In this document: positions 35,175-47,000 of the stretch, piece after piece
How positions within the stretch are numbered: position 1 is the stretch's first letter
Layout of the letters: each line of letters opens with the position of its first letter
Assembly (NCBI GenBank): GCA_038247415.1
Contig: JBBRUX010000011.1
Location: forward strand, 10-64,009
Length of the DNA: 64,000 bases
From: Chitinivibrionales bacterium
GTDB lineage: Bacteria > Fibrobacterota > Chitinivibrionia > Chitinivibrionales > WJKA01
Direction: 5' to 3'
The notes under the pieces: generated by a model
Databases searched by the model: none
What the model saw: only the letters and a program-made list of their open reading frames with translations
What the model was told of the DNA's origin: nothing
Made by a program: the position numbers and the translations under genes

Positions 35175-36017
35175 TTAATGAGGAGAAACCGAAAGAATAA
35201 ACGAATCAATTAATTTACGAGATATAGTTCCTTGACGAGGAATTAAGGGGAAGTTCTCGGGTGAAAACCAATCGGCTTTGGTTATTTCAATACCATCGGG
35301 ATTAATTTCGCCAGATTGGTAATCTGCTGTAAACCCAACCATAATAGAATCGGGAAATGGCCAACTTTGACTCAGCGCATACTTTACATTAGTTATATCT
35401 ATGCCAACTTCCTCAAACACCTCCCGATGTACGCACTCTTCCAGCGATTCCCCCACTTCAACATATCCAGCAATAAGCGAATACATTCCATTTTTAAATT
35501 TTTCGTTATGCGCCAAAAGAAGTTTATCGCCATCGCGAATTGCGACAATGATTGCTGGAGACAATCGGGGGAAACGAGGAATTTGACATAAGGGACATAT
35601 TTTAGCCCGTTCGTCATTATAGGGTAACATAGGCGCAGCGCACTGCCCACAATAAGAATGATCGCGATCCCATGAGAGAATTTGGCTTGCCCGACCGGCA
35701 ATATTAAAATGAGCATCGGGAAGATATCCCAATAATTCACGCAGACCTACAAACTGCAAGGAAGATGAGACCGGTGCAGAATTCTCAATTTCTACCGCAT
35801 AGCAGGAAACACCCTTATACTCACCTATATAATGATGCTTACCCAGAGCCTCGTCATATTCTCCTAGATGCATCCGCAGAGGTATTGTGTATAACTCGGA
35901 GCCCACACCATGCGAGGCCATAGCCCCTTTACAAAAAACAAAGAACAGATCGTCGGGGGAATGTGGCTTAATGGGCTTGAGTCCGGCACGAAAGCTTAAA
36001 TCAGTGTTTATATCCAT
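35175..36017 (-). CDS. nudC: NAD(+)/NADH diphosphatase
   Basis: Zn ribbon YCGQC...CPLC, FPRLSPAIIV, Nudix box AGYVEVGESLEECVHREVFEEVG, SQSWPFPDS. Confidence 0.93.
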   Translation of the reverse strand: MDINTDLSFRAGLKPIKPHSPDDLFFVFCKGAMASHGVGSELYTIPLRMHLGEYDEALGKHHYIGEYKGVSCYAVEIENSAPVSSSLQFVGLRELLGYLPDAHFNIAGRASQILSWDRDHSYCGQCAAPMLPYNDERAKICPLCQIPRFPRLSPAIIVAIRDGDKLLLAHNEKFKNGMYSLIAGYVEVGESLEECVHREVFEEVGIDITNVKYALSQSWPFPDSIMVGFTADYQSGEINPDGIEITKADWFSPENFPLIPRQGTISRKLIDSFILSVSPH

Positions 36018-36149
36018 TTTAAGTGCTTTTCTAATTCACATGAGCATACATGGTCAAAATACTTTTTTGCTCCAGTGGTTGCTTTCATTAAAGTATTTTT
36101 TAAATGATTCTACTATTACTACGGCCATAAACCATAGATACCGCTCCAC

Positions 36150-36947
36150 GTGACAACTCAACCCGCACTCCATCGTCTTTCGCTTTTATGCGGTGAAACT
36201 GGCATAACTGCATTTGAAAAAGCTCGTGTAATTGTTTTTGGATTGGGTGGGGTTGGCAGTTGGTGCGCAGAAGCCCTGGTGCGTTCGGGTATCGGACACA
36301 TTACCCTTGTTGATTCTGATGTGGTGTGCGTAACCAATATTAACCGCCAATTGCAGGCAGAACCATCTACTGTTGGTCAATCAAAAACAGATGTGCTCGT
36401 AGCACGTTTAAAACGAATTAATCCACGAGCAGAAATTATCGGCATCAATGCAATTTTTTCCGAAGAAACAGCAGAACAATTTAAACTCGATTCGTTTGAT
36501 TATGTTATCGATGCGATTGATAGCCTTAAAAATAAGGTAGAACTTATTATACGGGCACATGCTGCCAACTCGATTGTTTTCACGGCTCTTGGTGCATCAA
36601 ATCGTCTCGACTCATCGCGCATTAAAATTGCATCGCTCTGGAAATCGGACAAATGTCCTTTTGGTAAACTCGTACGAAAGAGATTGCGACAACGCGGTTT
36701 TCGGGAAGAAGTCACCTGCATTTTTAGCGACGAAATTCGAGAACCATGCCTTTGCGACTCTGTCTGCGGAACCACAGCATGCATGTGCCCTCGAAGCACG
36801 AATACTACCGAAAAGGCGCATGAATGGTGCAGCTCGAAAAAGCAGATCAATGGCTCTGCAGTTCATGTAACCGGAATTTTTGGATTTATGCTGGCTGGCC
36901 TTGTCATTTCTGATATTCACAGCCGTAGTGCACAAGCGTCGACTTAA
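36150..36947 (+). CDS. tcdA: tRNA threonylcarbamoyladenosine dehydratase (ThiF-family E1-like)
   Basis: FGLGGVGSWCAEALVRSG, TNINRQL, DYVIDAIDS, CPFGKLVRKRLR, IFSDE. Confidence 0.85.
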   Translation: MTTQPALHRLSLLCGETGITAFEKARVIVFGLGGVGSWCAEALVRSGIGHITLVDSDVVCVTNINRQLQAEPSTVGQSKTDVLVARLKRINPRAEIIGINAIFSEETAEQFKLDSFDYVIDAIDSLKNKVELIIRAHAANSIVFTALGASNRLDSSRIKIASLWKSDKCPFGKLVRKRLRQRGFREEVTCIFSDEIREPCLCDSVCGTTACMCPRSTNTTEKAHEWCSSKKQINGSAVHVTGIFGFMLAGLVISDIHSRSAQAST

Positions 36948-36972
36948 TTCATACTATACAAAGCAGAATGCA

Positions 36973-37731
36973 ATGTACTTTACTGATGATGAACAATTGC
37001 GCTATAGCCGACAGATAATTCTTCCGCAGATAGGGCTTGCAGGCCAAAAAAAACTCAAAGAATCATCGTTGCTCATTATTGGCGCCGGAGGCCTTGGCTC
37101 GCCGGTCGGACTGTATGGCGCAGCAGCTGGAATTGGCACTCTTGGAATTGCAGATTACGATTGTGTTGACATATCAAACCTCAATAGGCAGATACTTCAT
37201 ACTACCCACTCTGTTGGAACACCAAAATCCGATTCTGCTCGCGATACGCTCACAAAACTTAATCCCCATCTTGCTATCACAACATACTCCTCAAAAATTG
37301 ACACATCAAATATCAATGCCATAGTCAGGAAATACGACTGCGTTATCGATGCAACCGATTCCTTTGAAGCTAAATTTCTCATTAATGATACCTGCATACA
37401 AGAGAGAATCCCGTTTGTTCATGCAGGGGTTATTGGGATGGCTGGACAAATCATGACCGTCCTACCAAAAGAAACGGCGTGTTATCGATGCCTTTTTAAA
37501 GAACCTCCCCCATCTAACAGTGTAGGGTCATGCGCCAGCGAGGGGATCCTTGGTTCGATTGCAGGCGTCATCGGGGCACTGCAGGTTACCGAGGCAATTA
37601 AAATTATATGCACTATTGGACAGCTTCTTACCAACAAATTGCTCACTTTTGATGGTGAAACGATGGAATTTCGTACCATTGCCGTGAGGGCAGATCCCAC
37701 CTGCCGTGCTTGCTCATCACAAGTACCTTGA
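36973..37731 (+). CDS. moeB: MoeB/ThiF/HesA-family adenylyltransferase
   Basis: RYSRQIIL, IGAGGLGSP, SNLNRQILH, CYRC, C..EGILG, C-terminal CRAC. Start at ATG 36973. Confidence 0.88.
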   Translation: MYFTDDEQLRYSRQIILPQIGLAGQKKLKESSLLIIGAGGLGSPVGLYGAAAGIGTLGIADYDCVDISNLNRQILHTTHSVGTPKSDSARDTLTKLNPHLAITTYSSKIDTSNINAIVRKYDCVIDATDSFEAKFLINDTCIQERIPFVHAGVIGMAGQIMTVLPKETACYRCLFKEPPPSNSVGSCASEGILGSIAGVIGALQVTEAIKIICTIGQLLTNKLLTFDGETMEFRTIAVRADPTCRACSSQVP

Positions 37732-37807
37732 CACTAGCCCGTCGCTACTCTATATTTTATACTGTATATATGTATCTTTTTAGCTCTGAACCACGCAAGG
37801 AGTTACC

Positions 37808-38539
37808 ATGCCTCACGATAATCAAAGTCGCGCCGGATCTGATGTTCAACAAAGCCTCATTCACCTCATTTCCGCTGTTGTTGAAGATGAATTTAACGGT
37901 TTAAAGGGAGCACTAAAAGTTCTTGAATCATCAATCTTGGCAAAGATCGATGAAATCGATAAAAAGACCACAAAAAGTGCTGACGCCCTTAAAAAAGACC
38001 TTATGGGTCGAATCGAAGAGATCGCCTCTGCCGGACAAAAGATGCAATCAGAGCTTTCAACAGCCCAAAAAAGCCTCGATAACCGCATGAGCGCCTCACA
38101 AAAAGAATTCTCGGAAAAAACAGTAAAAGATCATCAGCAACTCGATGCTACCGTCGAAAAAATTCATCAAGATGTTATTAATGAAATGGCCTTTGCGCAA
38201 ACTCGCATCGACCAGCAGCTTGCAAGCTTGCGCACATCACTACAAAACGATGGTGCTCAAATACAATTTCAAGCAAACGAAATCAAGCGCATTTCGACAG
38301 TCCTTGGTGGTTTCGCTCGGATTTTCTCCGATCCTGCGGCTCCGACCCCTACAGCCGCCCAACCAGCTGCTCCTGCGCCACAACCGGTTCCAGCCTCGGT
38401 AGCAAAGCCGATTATGATGCCAACTGACTCTGGTAAAAAAGAAGCAGCAAAACAAGCAAAGGTTCCCGAAAGCGATTTGCCTAGTTCTCACGACCTTTCA
38501 AACCAGATCGATTCGATTTTTAATATCGAAGACAAATAA
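37808..38539 (+). CDS. Hypothetical coiled-coil protein with Pro/Ala-rich linker
   Basis: AAGGAG RBS, long heptad helix, PAAPTPTAAQPAAPAP linker, downstream hairpin. Confidence 0.7.
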   Translation: MPHDNQSRAGSDVQQSLIHLISAVVEDEFNGLKGALKVLESSILAKIDEIDKKTTKSADALKKDLMGRIEEIASAGQKMQSELSTAQKSLDNRMSASQKEFSEKTVKDHQQLDATVEKIHQDVINEMAFAQTRIDQQLASLRTSLQNDGAQIQFQANEIKRISTVLGGFARIFSDPAAPTPTAAQPAAPAPQPVPASVAKPIMMPTDSGKKEAAKQAKVPESDLPSSHDLSNQIDSIFNIEDK

Positions 38540-38550
38540 GATTCTGCCTC

Positions 38551-38581
38551 ATAATGCTAACACTCATAGTGTTAGCATTAT
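38551..38581 (+). terminator. Perfect 14-bp hairpin, probable terminator
   Basis: ATAATGCTAACACT-CAT-AGTGTTAGCATTAT followed by T-rich sequence, 12 nt after the stop codon. Confidence 0.65.
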
Positions 38582-38754
38582 TTGTTTATTCTCTTACTGT
38601 GATGCCAATCACAAATAATCCTACGAATTCTCTTTTTTTATTGACACACACCACAATCATGTTTATTTATAAGAGTAGTATCTCGAATCAAGGTTCGCCA
38701 GAGTTTAAAGAATGCTCGTTTCTGCACATTATCTTTAACACATGAGGTTGTAGT

Positions 38755-39870
38755 ATGTCCCCTATCAAGACCCTTTTCACTGCATTATTGCTTTGTGCAA
38801 CGGTATCTGCCGACAAAATCGCAATCTTCCCAACACAACAAACCAACGCCGACCAGAGCTTTGCCGATGCATTTTGTCAGCTTTTGGCTAGCAAATACGA
38901 AAACATTTCGGGCCAAACCGTCATCCCACCGCAAAAATCAGGGAAGGTATTTGATTCTTTGGGTGACTATTCCAAAGCCGCAACAGCCCTTGGTGCCGAC
39001 GAATACATCGAAATTAAAGCTATCGGCCTCTATATTAGCCGCAAAGAAATTATTGGCTACGATTCATCGCGACGCAATGTTCAGATCGTTATTAGCTCAG
39101 ATGGCTCTAAAGACAAAGACGAAAAAGATCAGGACATACTCGACAATTCAAAAACTATTGTCACTACCACACGCTATTCCAAAGACGGAACCAAAGTTTA
39201 TCGATCCGAGCTAACGCTCTTAACATATGGCGATATAGAAGAATCTACCGAACGATTTGTGCTCTCTCTTTACAAGAAGCTGCCTATCGATCAGGTTCGC
39301 GGCATGACAAATGTTACCCGGCGTGAAAGAATGGGCAATAACCAGTTGTTTTCTCAAAAAATTAAAGGTTTTAAATTTGGTGTGATCATGCCAACCGTGC
39401 TCGGCAAAAAAACTCCCGTCAGCTCCATGCTCACCATTGGATTTCATTACAAGCTCGATTCGGAAAAATGGATGATAGACCTTGGGGCTGGCGGACGAAT
39501 CCCAGGCTCTATGCACAACGATTCACTCTTAAGTTACGGGGGTTTTAATGCCGAGCTCGGAATGAATTACTATCTTGTTTCAGATATCTATGGCATTTAC
39601 TTTGGTGGCGGAATAAATCCCTTTATAAACTTCTTTGAATTTAATAACCACCTATTGGGCGTGGCCCCGTATATTCTTCTCGGCTTTATCATGCCCCGAA
39701 ACTCAGCCATGAAGTTTTATGCAGAAATTAAAATTGCTCAACAGGTAATCCCCTTTAGTACAACAGTGTTTGACACATCAACTGGTACATACCCAACGTA
39801 TAATTATGCGAAGCCAGGCCCACGGGTATACCCAACCGAACTAGGAATTTCTTTTGGAATTGGGTGGTAA
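38755..39870 (+). CDS. Hypothetical exported protein: CsgG/TolB-N-like N-terminus, beta-barrel-like C-terminus
   Basis: Signal peptide, KIAIFP, ATALGADEYI, amphipathic strands, terminal ISFGIGW. Confidence 0.65.
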   Translation: MSPIKTLFTALLLCATVSADKIAIFPTQQTNADQSFADAFCQLLASKYENISGQTVIPPQKSGKVFDSLGDYSKAATALGADEYIEIKAIGLYISRKEIIGYDSSRRNVQIVISSDGSKDKDEKDQDILDNSKTIVTTTRYSKDGTKVYRSELTLLTYGDIEESTERFVLSLYKKLPIDQVRGMTNVTRRERMGNNQLFSQKIKGFKFGVIMPTVLGKKTPVSSMLTIGFHYKLDSEKWMIDLGAGGRIPGSMHNDSLLSYGGFNAELGMNYYLVSDIYGIYFGGGINPFINFFEFNNHLLGVAPYILLGFIMPRNSAMKFYAEIKIAQQVIPFSTTVFDTSTGTYPTYNYAKPGPRVYPTELGISFGIGW

Positions 39871-40120
39871 GCGTCTAACTTGTCAATAAAAAAGATTAAC
39901 ATATGCAATTTTATTGATCATTCTTTAGGTTCATTGACAGTCCCAAAGTAGGCACAAACTCTAAAGCCCAAGGTAGACGGGCGTAAAACGATTCTTGTGC
40001 CTTAAAAAAAAAATTACTTTTTTTTGCATTTTTTCTTGCGTGACTAAAGTGCAATAATCTTTATTAATACTACTTACTTTTTACGTGTCTTTTTTATTTT
40101 TACCAACTCAAGGAGGCTTT

Positions 40121-40441
40121 ATGGCACTCACCCAGTCACAGATCATCGAGAAACTTGCTGGACTCGATGAAGCTTTTACCAAGAAGCAGGTTAAGCTTCT
40201 TCTCGAAGGTCTTGCTGATCTGGCTTATAAAGAAGCTAAGAATGGTTTTACCATTCCTGGCCTTGGCAAGCTCGTTCTCGTCAAGAGAGCAGCACGCATG
40301 GGACGTAATCCTGCAACTGGCGAAACAATCAAGATTCCTGCTAAAACAGTTCTTAAGTTCCGCGTTGCGAAAGCAGCAAAGGATGCAGTTGTTGGAACTC
40401 CAGTAGCAAAGAAACCAGCAGTTAAGGCAAAGAAAAAGTAA
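40121..40441 (+). CDS. hup: HU-family histone-like DNA-binding protein with basic tail
   Basis: AGGAGG RBS; FTIPGLGKL...RAARMGRNPATGETIKIPAK...FRVAK. Confidence 0.93.
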   Translation: MALTQSQIIEKLAGLDEAFTKKQVKLLLEGLADLAYKEAKNGFTIPGLGKLVLVKRAARMGRNPATGETIKIPAKTVLKFRVAKAAKDAVVGTPVAKKPAVKAKKK

Positions 40442-40461
40442 TTTTTCTTTCTTAGTCTTAT

Positions 40462-40496
40462 AAAAAAAGGCGGTGCACGTGTGCATCGCCTTTTTT
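40462..40496. terminator. Bidirectional intrinsic terminator between hup and glnS
   Basis: AAAAAAAGGCGGTGCAC-GTGTGCATCGCCTTTTTT hairpin between convergent genes. Confidence 0.88.
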
Positions 40497-40545
40497 ATGC
40501 GTACAACGCATTAATCCGCTTGCTACTGCGGTACCACTGCAAAAC

Positions 40546-42246
40546 TTACATCGCACTACGCTGTTCTATACGAGCCCACGAGTCTTTAAGCGTTACAGTA
40601 CGATTAAAAATTGGAGCGCCTTCTTTAGACTCTAAAGGATCGGCAAAGAAATAGCCAACACGTTCAAATTGAAACGATTCACCACCTCGAGCAAATGCCA
40701 CACGTGGCTCAGCTTTGCACGTATTTGTAACACTAAGCGACGATGGATTAAGAACCGATAGATAATCTGTTGCGTCGGGATTTTCCTGCGTAAACAGCCT
40801 ATCATACATGCGTATCGGCACGGAAATGGCATGTTGCGCCGAAACCCAATGAATAGTAGCCTTAGGTGATCGACCATCGGGAGCCTGCCCGCCTTTGGTT
40901 TGCGGGTCGTACGTTGCGTGAATCTCTAAAACAGCACCCGTTGCTGGATCGGTAACAACGGATGTTGCTGTAATAAAATACCCATACCGCAGCCGAACCT
41001 CTTTGCCAATAGAAAGTCGGTAATATTTCTTTGGTGGATCGAGGCGAAAATCATCATGCTCAATATAAAGCTCACGCGAAAAAGGAATCTGCCGAGTTCC
41101 ATCTGCTGGATTCTCTGGATTATTGACCGCGGTAAGCTCTTCGACAACACCTTGCGGATAGTTGTCGATAATAACTTTTACCGGGTTAAGCACCACTTGC
41201 ACCCTTTTTGCACGCTTATTTAAATCTTCCCGTATGCAATGTTCTAGCAAGGCAACATCAACCACAGAATCGCGCTTAGCAACCCCAATGCGTTCTGCAA
41301 AATCAGCAATCGCGGCAGATGTATACCCTCTGCGTCGAAGCCCTGCAATGGTCGGCAAGCGAGGATCATCCCAGCCATCGACATGCTTTTTTTGCACAAG
41401 TTCTAAAAGTTTACGCTTGCTCATAACGGTATACGACAAATTAAGCCGGGCAAATTCTATCTGACGTGGATGATGAATTGGTAACTGATCGAGAAACCAA
41501 TCGTACAAGGGTCGATGATCTTCGTATTCGAGCGAACAGAGCGAGTGCGTCACGCCTTCGATAGAATCTTCGAGTCCATGAGCCCAGTCGTACATAGGAT
41601 ATACGTTCCAACGGGTTCCCTGTCGATGATGCGGCTGTTTAATAATGCGATACATAACCGGATCACGCATATTGATATTTGGCGACCCCATATCGATCTT
41701 AGCTCGCAACGTGCGGGTTCCTTCTGCAAATTCTCCTGCTTGCATCCGTTCAAAAAGATCCAGATTTTCGTCAACTGTTCTGCTGCGATAGGGACTATCT
41801 TTTCCCTTTTCGGTAAGTGTACCGCGATACGCCCTAATTTCATCTGCCGACAAATCGCACACATACGCCTTCGAAGCCTTGACAAGCTCGAGTGTCCAGG
41901 AATAGATACGATCGAAATAATCGGAAGCATAAAAAAGGTTGTTTTTAAAATCACAGCCAAGCCATTTTACATCCTCGATAATTGCCTTGACATATTCGTC
42001 TTCCTCTTTACTCGGATTAGTATCATCAAACCGAAGATTGAACTGTCCACCAAATTCACATGCCATGCCATAATCGATATGCAGTGCTTTTGCATGCCCG
42101 ATATGCAGGTGGCCATTTGGCTCGGGAGGGAACCGCGTAATAACCTTAGTGCATTTCCCCTCTTTAAGATCGGCCACTATTGCTTCATGAATAAAATTTG
42201 ACGAAGCACCCGACGCAATCGAACCATTTTCTGGAAGTAACGACAT
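40546..42246 (-). CDS. glnS: Glutamine--tRNA ligase
   Basis: [65 protein letters not shown]. Confidence 0.97.
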   Translation of the reverse strand: MSLLPENGSIASGASSNFIHEAIVADLKEGKCTKVITRFPPEPNGHLHIGHAKALHIDYGMACEFGGQFNLRFDDTNPSKEEDEYVKAIIEDVKWLGCDFKNNLFYASDYFDRIYSWTLELVKASKAYVCDLSADEIRAYRGTLTEKGKDSPYRSRTVDENLDLFERMQAGEFAEGTRTLRAKIDMGSPNINMRDPVMYRIIKQPHHRQGTRWNVYPMYDWAHGLEDSIEGVTHSLCSLEYEDHRPLYDWFLDQLPIHHPRQIEFARLNLSYTVMSKRKLLELVQKKHVDGWDDPRLPTIAGLRRRGYTSAAIADFAERIGVAKRDSVVDVALLEHCIREDLNKRAKRVQVVLNPVKVIIDNYPQGVVEELTAVNNPENPADGTRQIPFSRELYIEHDDFRLDPPKKYYRLSIGKEVRLRYGYFITATSVVTDPATGAVLEIHATYDPQTKGGQAPDGRSPKATIHWVSAQHAISVPIRMYDRLFTQENPDATDYLSVLNPSSLSVTNTCKAEPRVAFARGGESFQFERVGYFFADPLESKEGAPIFNRTVTLKDSWARIEQRSAM

Positions 42247-42328
42247 GACTATTCCTTATATAACTATGTATAAACGCCCATTCTAAATGGGCAGATCCAC
42301 CTTATTATCGGTAACAAACTCTTTCGAG

Positions 42329-43819
42329 TCAAGACTCTGTGCGTGTTGCAACGGCATTCTGGATAAAAGCAATCGCTGTTTGCAGACGCGAACAGACCTG
42401 CTCTTTTCCCAACACTTCCAAAAGCTCAAAGAGCCCAGGACCAAAACTCACGCCACTTACTGCAAGTCGTGTTGGATGAATTAATACCCCAAAAGCAATG
42501 CCCAACGAATCTCCATAATTTTTATAGAGAGCCTCTAAAGCAGCATGCTCAAACGATTCTGCCTTTGAAAGTAGCTCACAAAGATCGGCAAGTATTTTAA
42601 TGGCATCAGGAACAAAATATTTTCTGACCGCTTTTTCTTCGTACTGTACAGGCGCAATAAAAAAGTATGTTGCAGACTCCACCATGTCCACAATTTTCTT
42701 GGAGCGCTCTTTAAGAAGATCAATAACCTTGACAAGAGTGGTGTCAGAAACCGGGGTAGCGTTAGGTACCCAACCCTTTTGCTTCCAAAAAGGAACAACC
42801 AATTCTGCCAGCGATATGCTTGTTCGCTCCCGCATATAAAGGCCGTTCATCCATTCGAGTTTTTTCTCGTCGAATACAGATGCCTTAGGTGATACTTGAC
42901 CCAAAGAAAAAACTGATATCAGCTCTTCCTGTGAAAGTTTTTCTCGTTCATCTCCGTCCCCAAGCGACCACCCTAAAAGCGCAAGAAAATTAAAAAGCGC
43001 CTCGGGAAGATACCCTTGATTTTTATAATCCAGAACCGATGCCGCGCCTTTTCGTTTAGAGAGCTTTCCGCCATCGGCAGATAAAATCACGGGCATATGC
43101 GCAAAAATAGGAGGTGTCCAACCAAAAGCTTCATATAGCAAAACATGCCGTGGCGTTGAGGCAATCCACTCATCACCCCGCAAAACATGAGAAATTTCCA
43201 TTGCATGATCGTCAACGACGTTGGCAAGATGATACGTCGGAAAACCATCTGTTTTCATGAGAACCAGATCATCCAGCACAGCACTTTTATATTCGATAGC
43301 ACCCCGTATGAGGTCGTTAAAAGCCACAACCCTATCCTGCGGGATTTTTAGCCGAATGATATGGGGTGTGTTTTCTGCAAGCAAACGCGCACTTTCTTGT
43401 GCAGGCAGATTTCTGCACTGTTTGTCGTAGCCTGGATCGAGTTTGTTTTTTTCTTGGTAATTCCGGAGTTCCTCAAGACGTTGCGGTGTACAAAAACATC
43501 GATATGCATGGCCAGATTCTAAAAGCTGCTGTGCATGTTTTCGGTAGAGGTCAACTCGCTCCGATTGAACATACGACCCATAGGCGCCACCAACATCGGG
43601 ACCTTCGTCCCACGTAATGCCAAGCCATTGAAGACTTTCGTAGATTTCTTTGCAGGCATCTTCTTGGTAGCGACTTCGATCGGTATCCTCTATGCGAAGA
43701 ATAAAAGTTCCACCCATGCGTTTGGCAAAGAGGTAATTAAAAAGTGCAGTGCGCGCACCACCAACATGAAGATATCCTGTTGGGGACGGGGCAAATCGAA
43801 CTCGAATCGAAGACCTCAT
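42329..43819 (-). CDS. gltX: Glutamate--tRNA ligase
   Basis: RVRFAPSPTGYLHVGG, LRIEDTD, PTYHLANVVDDH, RGDEW, KLSKR. Confidence 0.97.
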   Translation of the reverse strand: MRSSIRVRFAPSPTGYLHVGGARTALFNYLFAKRMGGTFILRIEDTDRSRYQEDACKEIYESLQWLGITWDEGPDVGGAYGSYVQSERVDLYRKHAQQLLESGHAYRCFCTPQRLEELRNYQEKNKLDPGYDKQCRNLPAQESARLLAENTPHIIRLKIPQDRVVAFNDLIRGAIEYKSAVLDDLVLMKTDGFPTYHLANVVDDHAMEISHVLRGDEWIASTPRHVLLYEAFGWTPPIFAHMPVILSADGGKLSKRKGAASVLDYKNQGYLPEALFNFLALLGWSLGDGDEREKLSQEELISVFSLGQVSPKASVFDEKKLEWMNGLYMRERTSISLAELVVPFWKQKGWVPNATPVSDTTLVKVIDLLKERSKKIVDMVESATYFFIAPVQYEEKAVRKYFVPDAIKILADLCELLSKAESFEHAALEALYKNYGDSLGIAFGVLIHPTRLAVSGVSFGPGLFELLEVLGKEQVCSRLQTAIAFIQNAVATRTES

Positions 43820-44062
43820 GCGTGCTCCCTTTGAAAATTAAATAATTTTTAAAAATACGTTATGCAGCACCAAAGCTCCTAGCGAGAAACTCAGGCGCCC
43901 CTTGCTCAGCGTAATAAATCATTTAACTTGTTCATAATGAACATGATGTAACAATGAGCGATCCCGTATAAAAATAACAAACATATTGCCAAAAATGTGC
44001 GCAAAACGTATGATCAATAATAAGCATTCGCCAAAAACTGCTCTATCAACAGGACATATGAT

Positions 44063-47000
44063 ATGCGTATTCGAATAGTTTGCTGTGTATTCGTTTTTCT
44101 AACGGCACAACTCTTTGCTGCACAAACACCACCCACCCCGGGGACATCATCAACGTATAGCAAACGAATACTTTTCTGCAGGCCTGCCGATGTCTCTGCA
44201 AAGCAAGGTCAGGGGCTTTTTTTTGGAGCACTTTCCACAGAATATTTACAATTCAGACTCTCCGCGATTAGTTCTTGCACTGTTATCCCCACACAGAGCG
44301 TTATTGCCGCCTATGCGCCTTATGCAAACATTGCTGCCGAAATATCCGACGAAGAGTATTCCCGCATAGCCACCTCCCTTAAAGCAGATTATATTATTGC
44401 TCAAAAATGCGAAGTAAGTAATGCCGATAAAAATGTTTCATTTTATCTCGAAATAAGCCAAGTGGGCCATGCAGGATCCACAAAATCAATAGAACGGTCC
44501 TTTCTGCTTGCCGATGCAGGACAAAACCTCGACTCGTGCATGTTAAGCCTCACAACCATTTTAGGCACTCCCATTCTACCCCAGCTCGAACGTTTTTTCA
44601 AGATGCCTGTTTTATCGCAAGACCCAAAAAACCTGCGAACACTGGGTGAAATCATACTTGCCGATCAGTATATTCACGACACGCGCAATGGCGACATTAG
44701 TACTCAATATGCTGCTCTTGTAGCCTTAGACGTACGCATGGATTTGGGATATTATCTTGGCGCAGCAGCCTATATGCACGAAAAAAAATATCGTAAAGCA
44801 GCCGATTATTATAAACACCTTTACGATATCATTCCAGAATACTTTCCTATTTATTTCAAACTAGTAAACGCCTTGCGCTTAGGACGAGATTTTACAGAAG
44901 CGGCTGAATTTGGGAAAACAGGTCTTGGCCGCAATCCGCGATCGGTAGAACTGCTTGCAGAACTTGCCGCGACCTACGAAGCAATGGGAAGAAATGTCAA
45001 TGCAGAAGATGCTTTTCGACAAATGCTCACCATCGATTCCCACAACCTTCAAGCGCTGCTCTTTTTTGCCCATACCCAAAATAGTCGGAATAAGCCAGAA
45101 GAAGCCATTGCCTATGCCGATGCGGTGTTAAACATTGACAGTACTCAGAGCATCGCGTGGACAGAAAAAGGCAACGCTCTTTTTACTCAAAGTAAACTTG
45201 CGCAAGCTATCCCTTGCTTAGAAAAAGCTATAGCGCTCGACAACAACGCTCCACAACCTCGGCTATTGCTGGGCGATATCTTCGTAACCACAAAAGAATA
45301 TGCAAAAGCTGCAACACAATTTAATGCTGCTGCACTTGCATCTCCTAATGATGTAGACATCCAGCTTAAAGCTGCGAACGCAAATAGCCTTGCAGGTGAA
45401 ATTCCCAAAGCAGTTCTCGCCCTTAAAGCAGTGGAAGGCCGATTCGCCACAAACATGGTGCTCAAAAAAGAATTAGGACTTTTAGAACTTGCCAAAGGCG
45501 ACACCACTGCCGCACAAGCACACCTTGAAACTGCTCTCGCGGATCAAAAATCCGACTTTCGTCTCCTCATGGCATTAGGAAATATTTACACTGCTAAAAA
45601 ATCCTACGATAATGCTCTGCGCATGTACAATCAAAGCATGCCCCTTATTACCGATAAAAATGCCTGCCGGATTGCCTTGGCAAATCTTGCTCTTATCCAA
45701 AAAGATGTCCCGCGCGCCCAGTCGCAGCTCAATGAAATTGCTCACAATGCTCCCGATTATCTAAAAGTAAACGAATTCAAAGGCGAGTGTGCACTACTCG
45801 GAGGTAATAAGAGTGCTGCTTTGCCCCTTTTTCTACGTGAGCGAGAAGTGCATGGAACCAATCGAGGCCTTGCACAAAACATAACCTGGCTCTACTTCGA
45901 TGCAAAAAACTGGAAGCAAACAGACATCGAAGCGCGCGCGCTCCTCAAAATCGATCCTACAAATGCCGAAGCCCTCTTTCGCTTTGGAACAGCACTTATG
46001 CAGCTTGGTAACGCACCTGAGGGATCTTCGGCCATTGCCAAAGCACGACAAACTGCAAAGCCATCTGCCGCCCTTGCCTTTGAAATTGGTCGTGGACATG
46101 CTTTCGTCGAACAATTTGACAACGCAATAAGCTGCTATCGGGAATGCCTAGCGGCACTTCCCCAGCGCGAAGATGTTTGGCTTGAACTCTCCGATATGCT
46201 CATTGCCACAAAGCAAGATTCCGCAGCTGCAGAAGCATATCTCCACCTCTTTACTTTTAACCCATCGCTTTACAAAGATAAACTTGCCGATGCAGGACAC
46301 ATTTTTAATCGGCTTGGAAATAAAACCTCGGCTCGCTCTGCCTACATCCTTTTTCTTGATACTAAATTTAAAAATCCTCAGGTTAATGTCAACCTGGCAA
46401 GCATTGAATTTGGGCTTAAAAATTATGCCAGGGTCGTGGAACTGCTGCAACCACTTTCTGATGCGGAACTTTCTGAAGAGGCTCAAATTATTGCTTTTGC
46501 ACAATCGTATATTTCACTTGGAAAATTTGCGAACGCAAAAGCACCCATTGCACGAATCCTCAAACGAAATCCTCGCCATATAAAGGCACTTGAGCTCTCT
46601 GCTCTGTGCAGCGAAAAAACTAACGACTTAACTACTGCAATAACGGTTAATGAACAACTTGTTGATATTGCACCGCCAGAAGTATCGGTAAACTGCGCCT
46701 TTCATGCAGGTGAATTATACGAGAAGTTAGGACGCCGTGACGAAGCAATTGCACGGTATACAAAAAACATCGATAAATTCCCAAGCGATGTGCGTAGTTT
46801 TGATCGATTGGCAATTATCTATTGTGCAGCCTTCGACTGGACAAAGGCTCAACCTATTTTGCAAAGAGCTCTTGCATTGCCACAAGTCCCACCGCGCTTA
46901 TTTAATCTTCTTGCGCAATGCTATACTTCCCGCAGTCAGACAGACAGTTCTATTATCTGGTATCAAAAATATGTAACCTTAGCGCCAACCGATTCTATTG

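Noticed and set aside
41515-42201. 228-aa plus-strand ORF
   Set aside because: Antisense shadow of glnS with no recognisable motifs.
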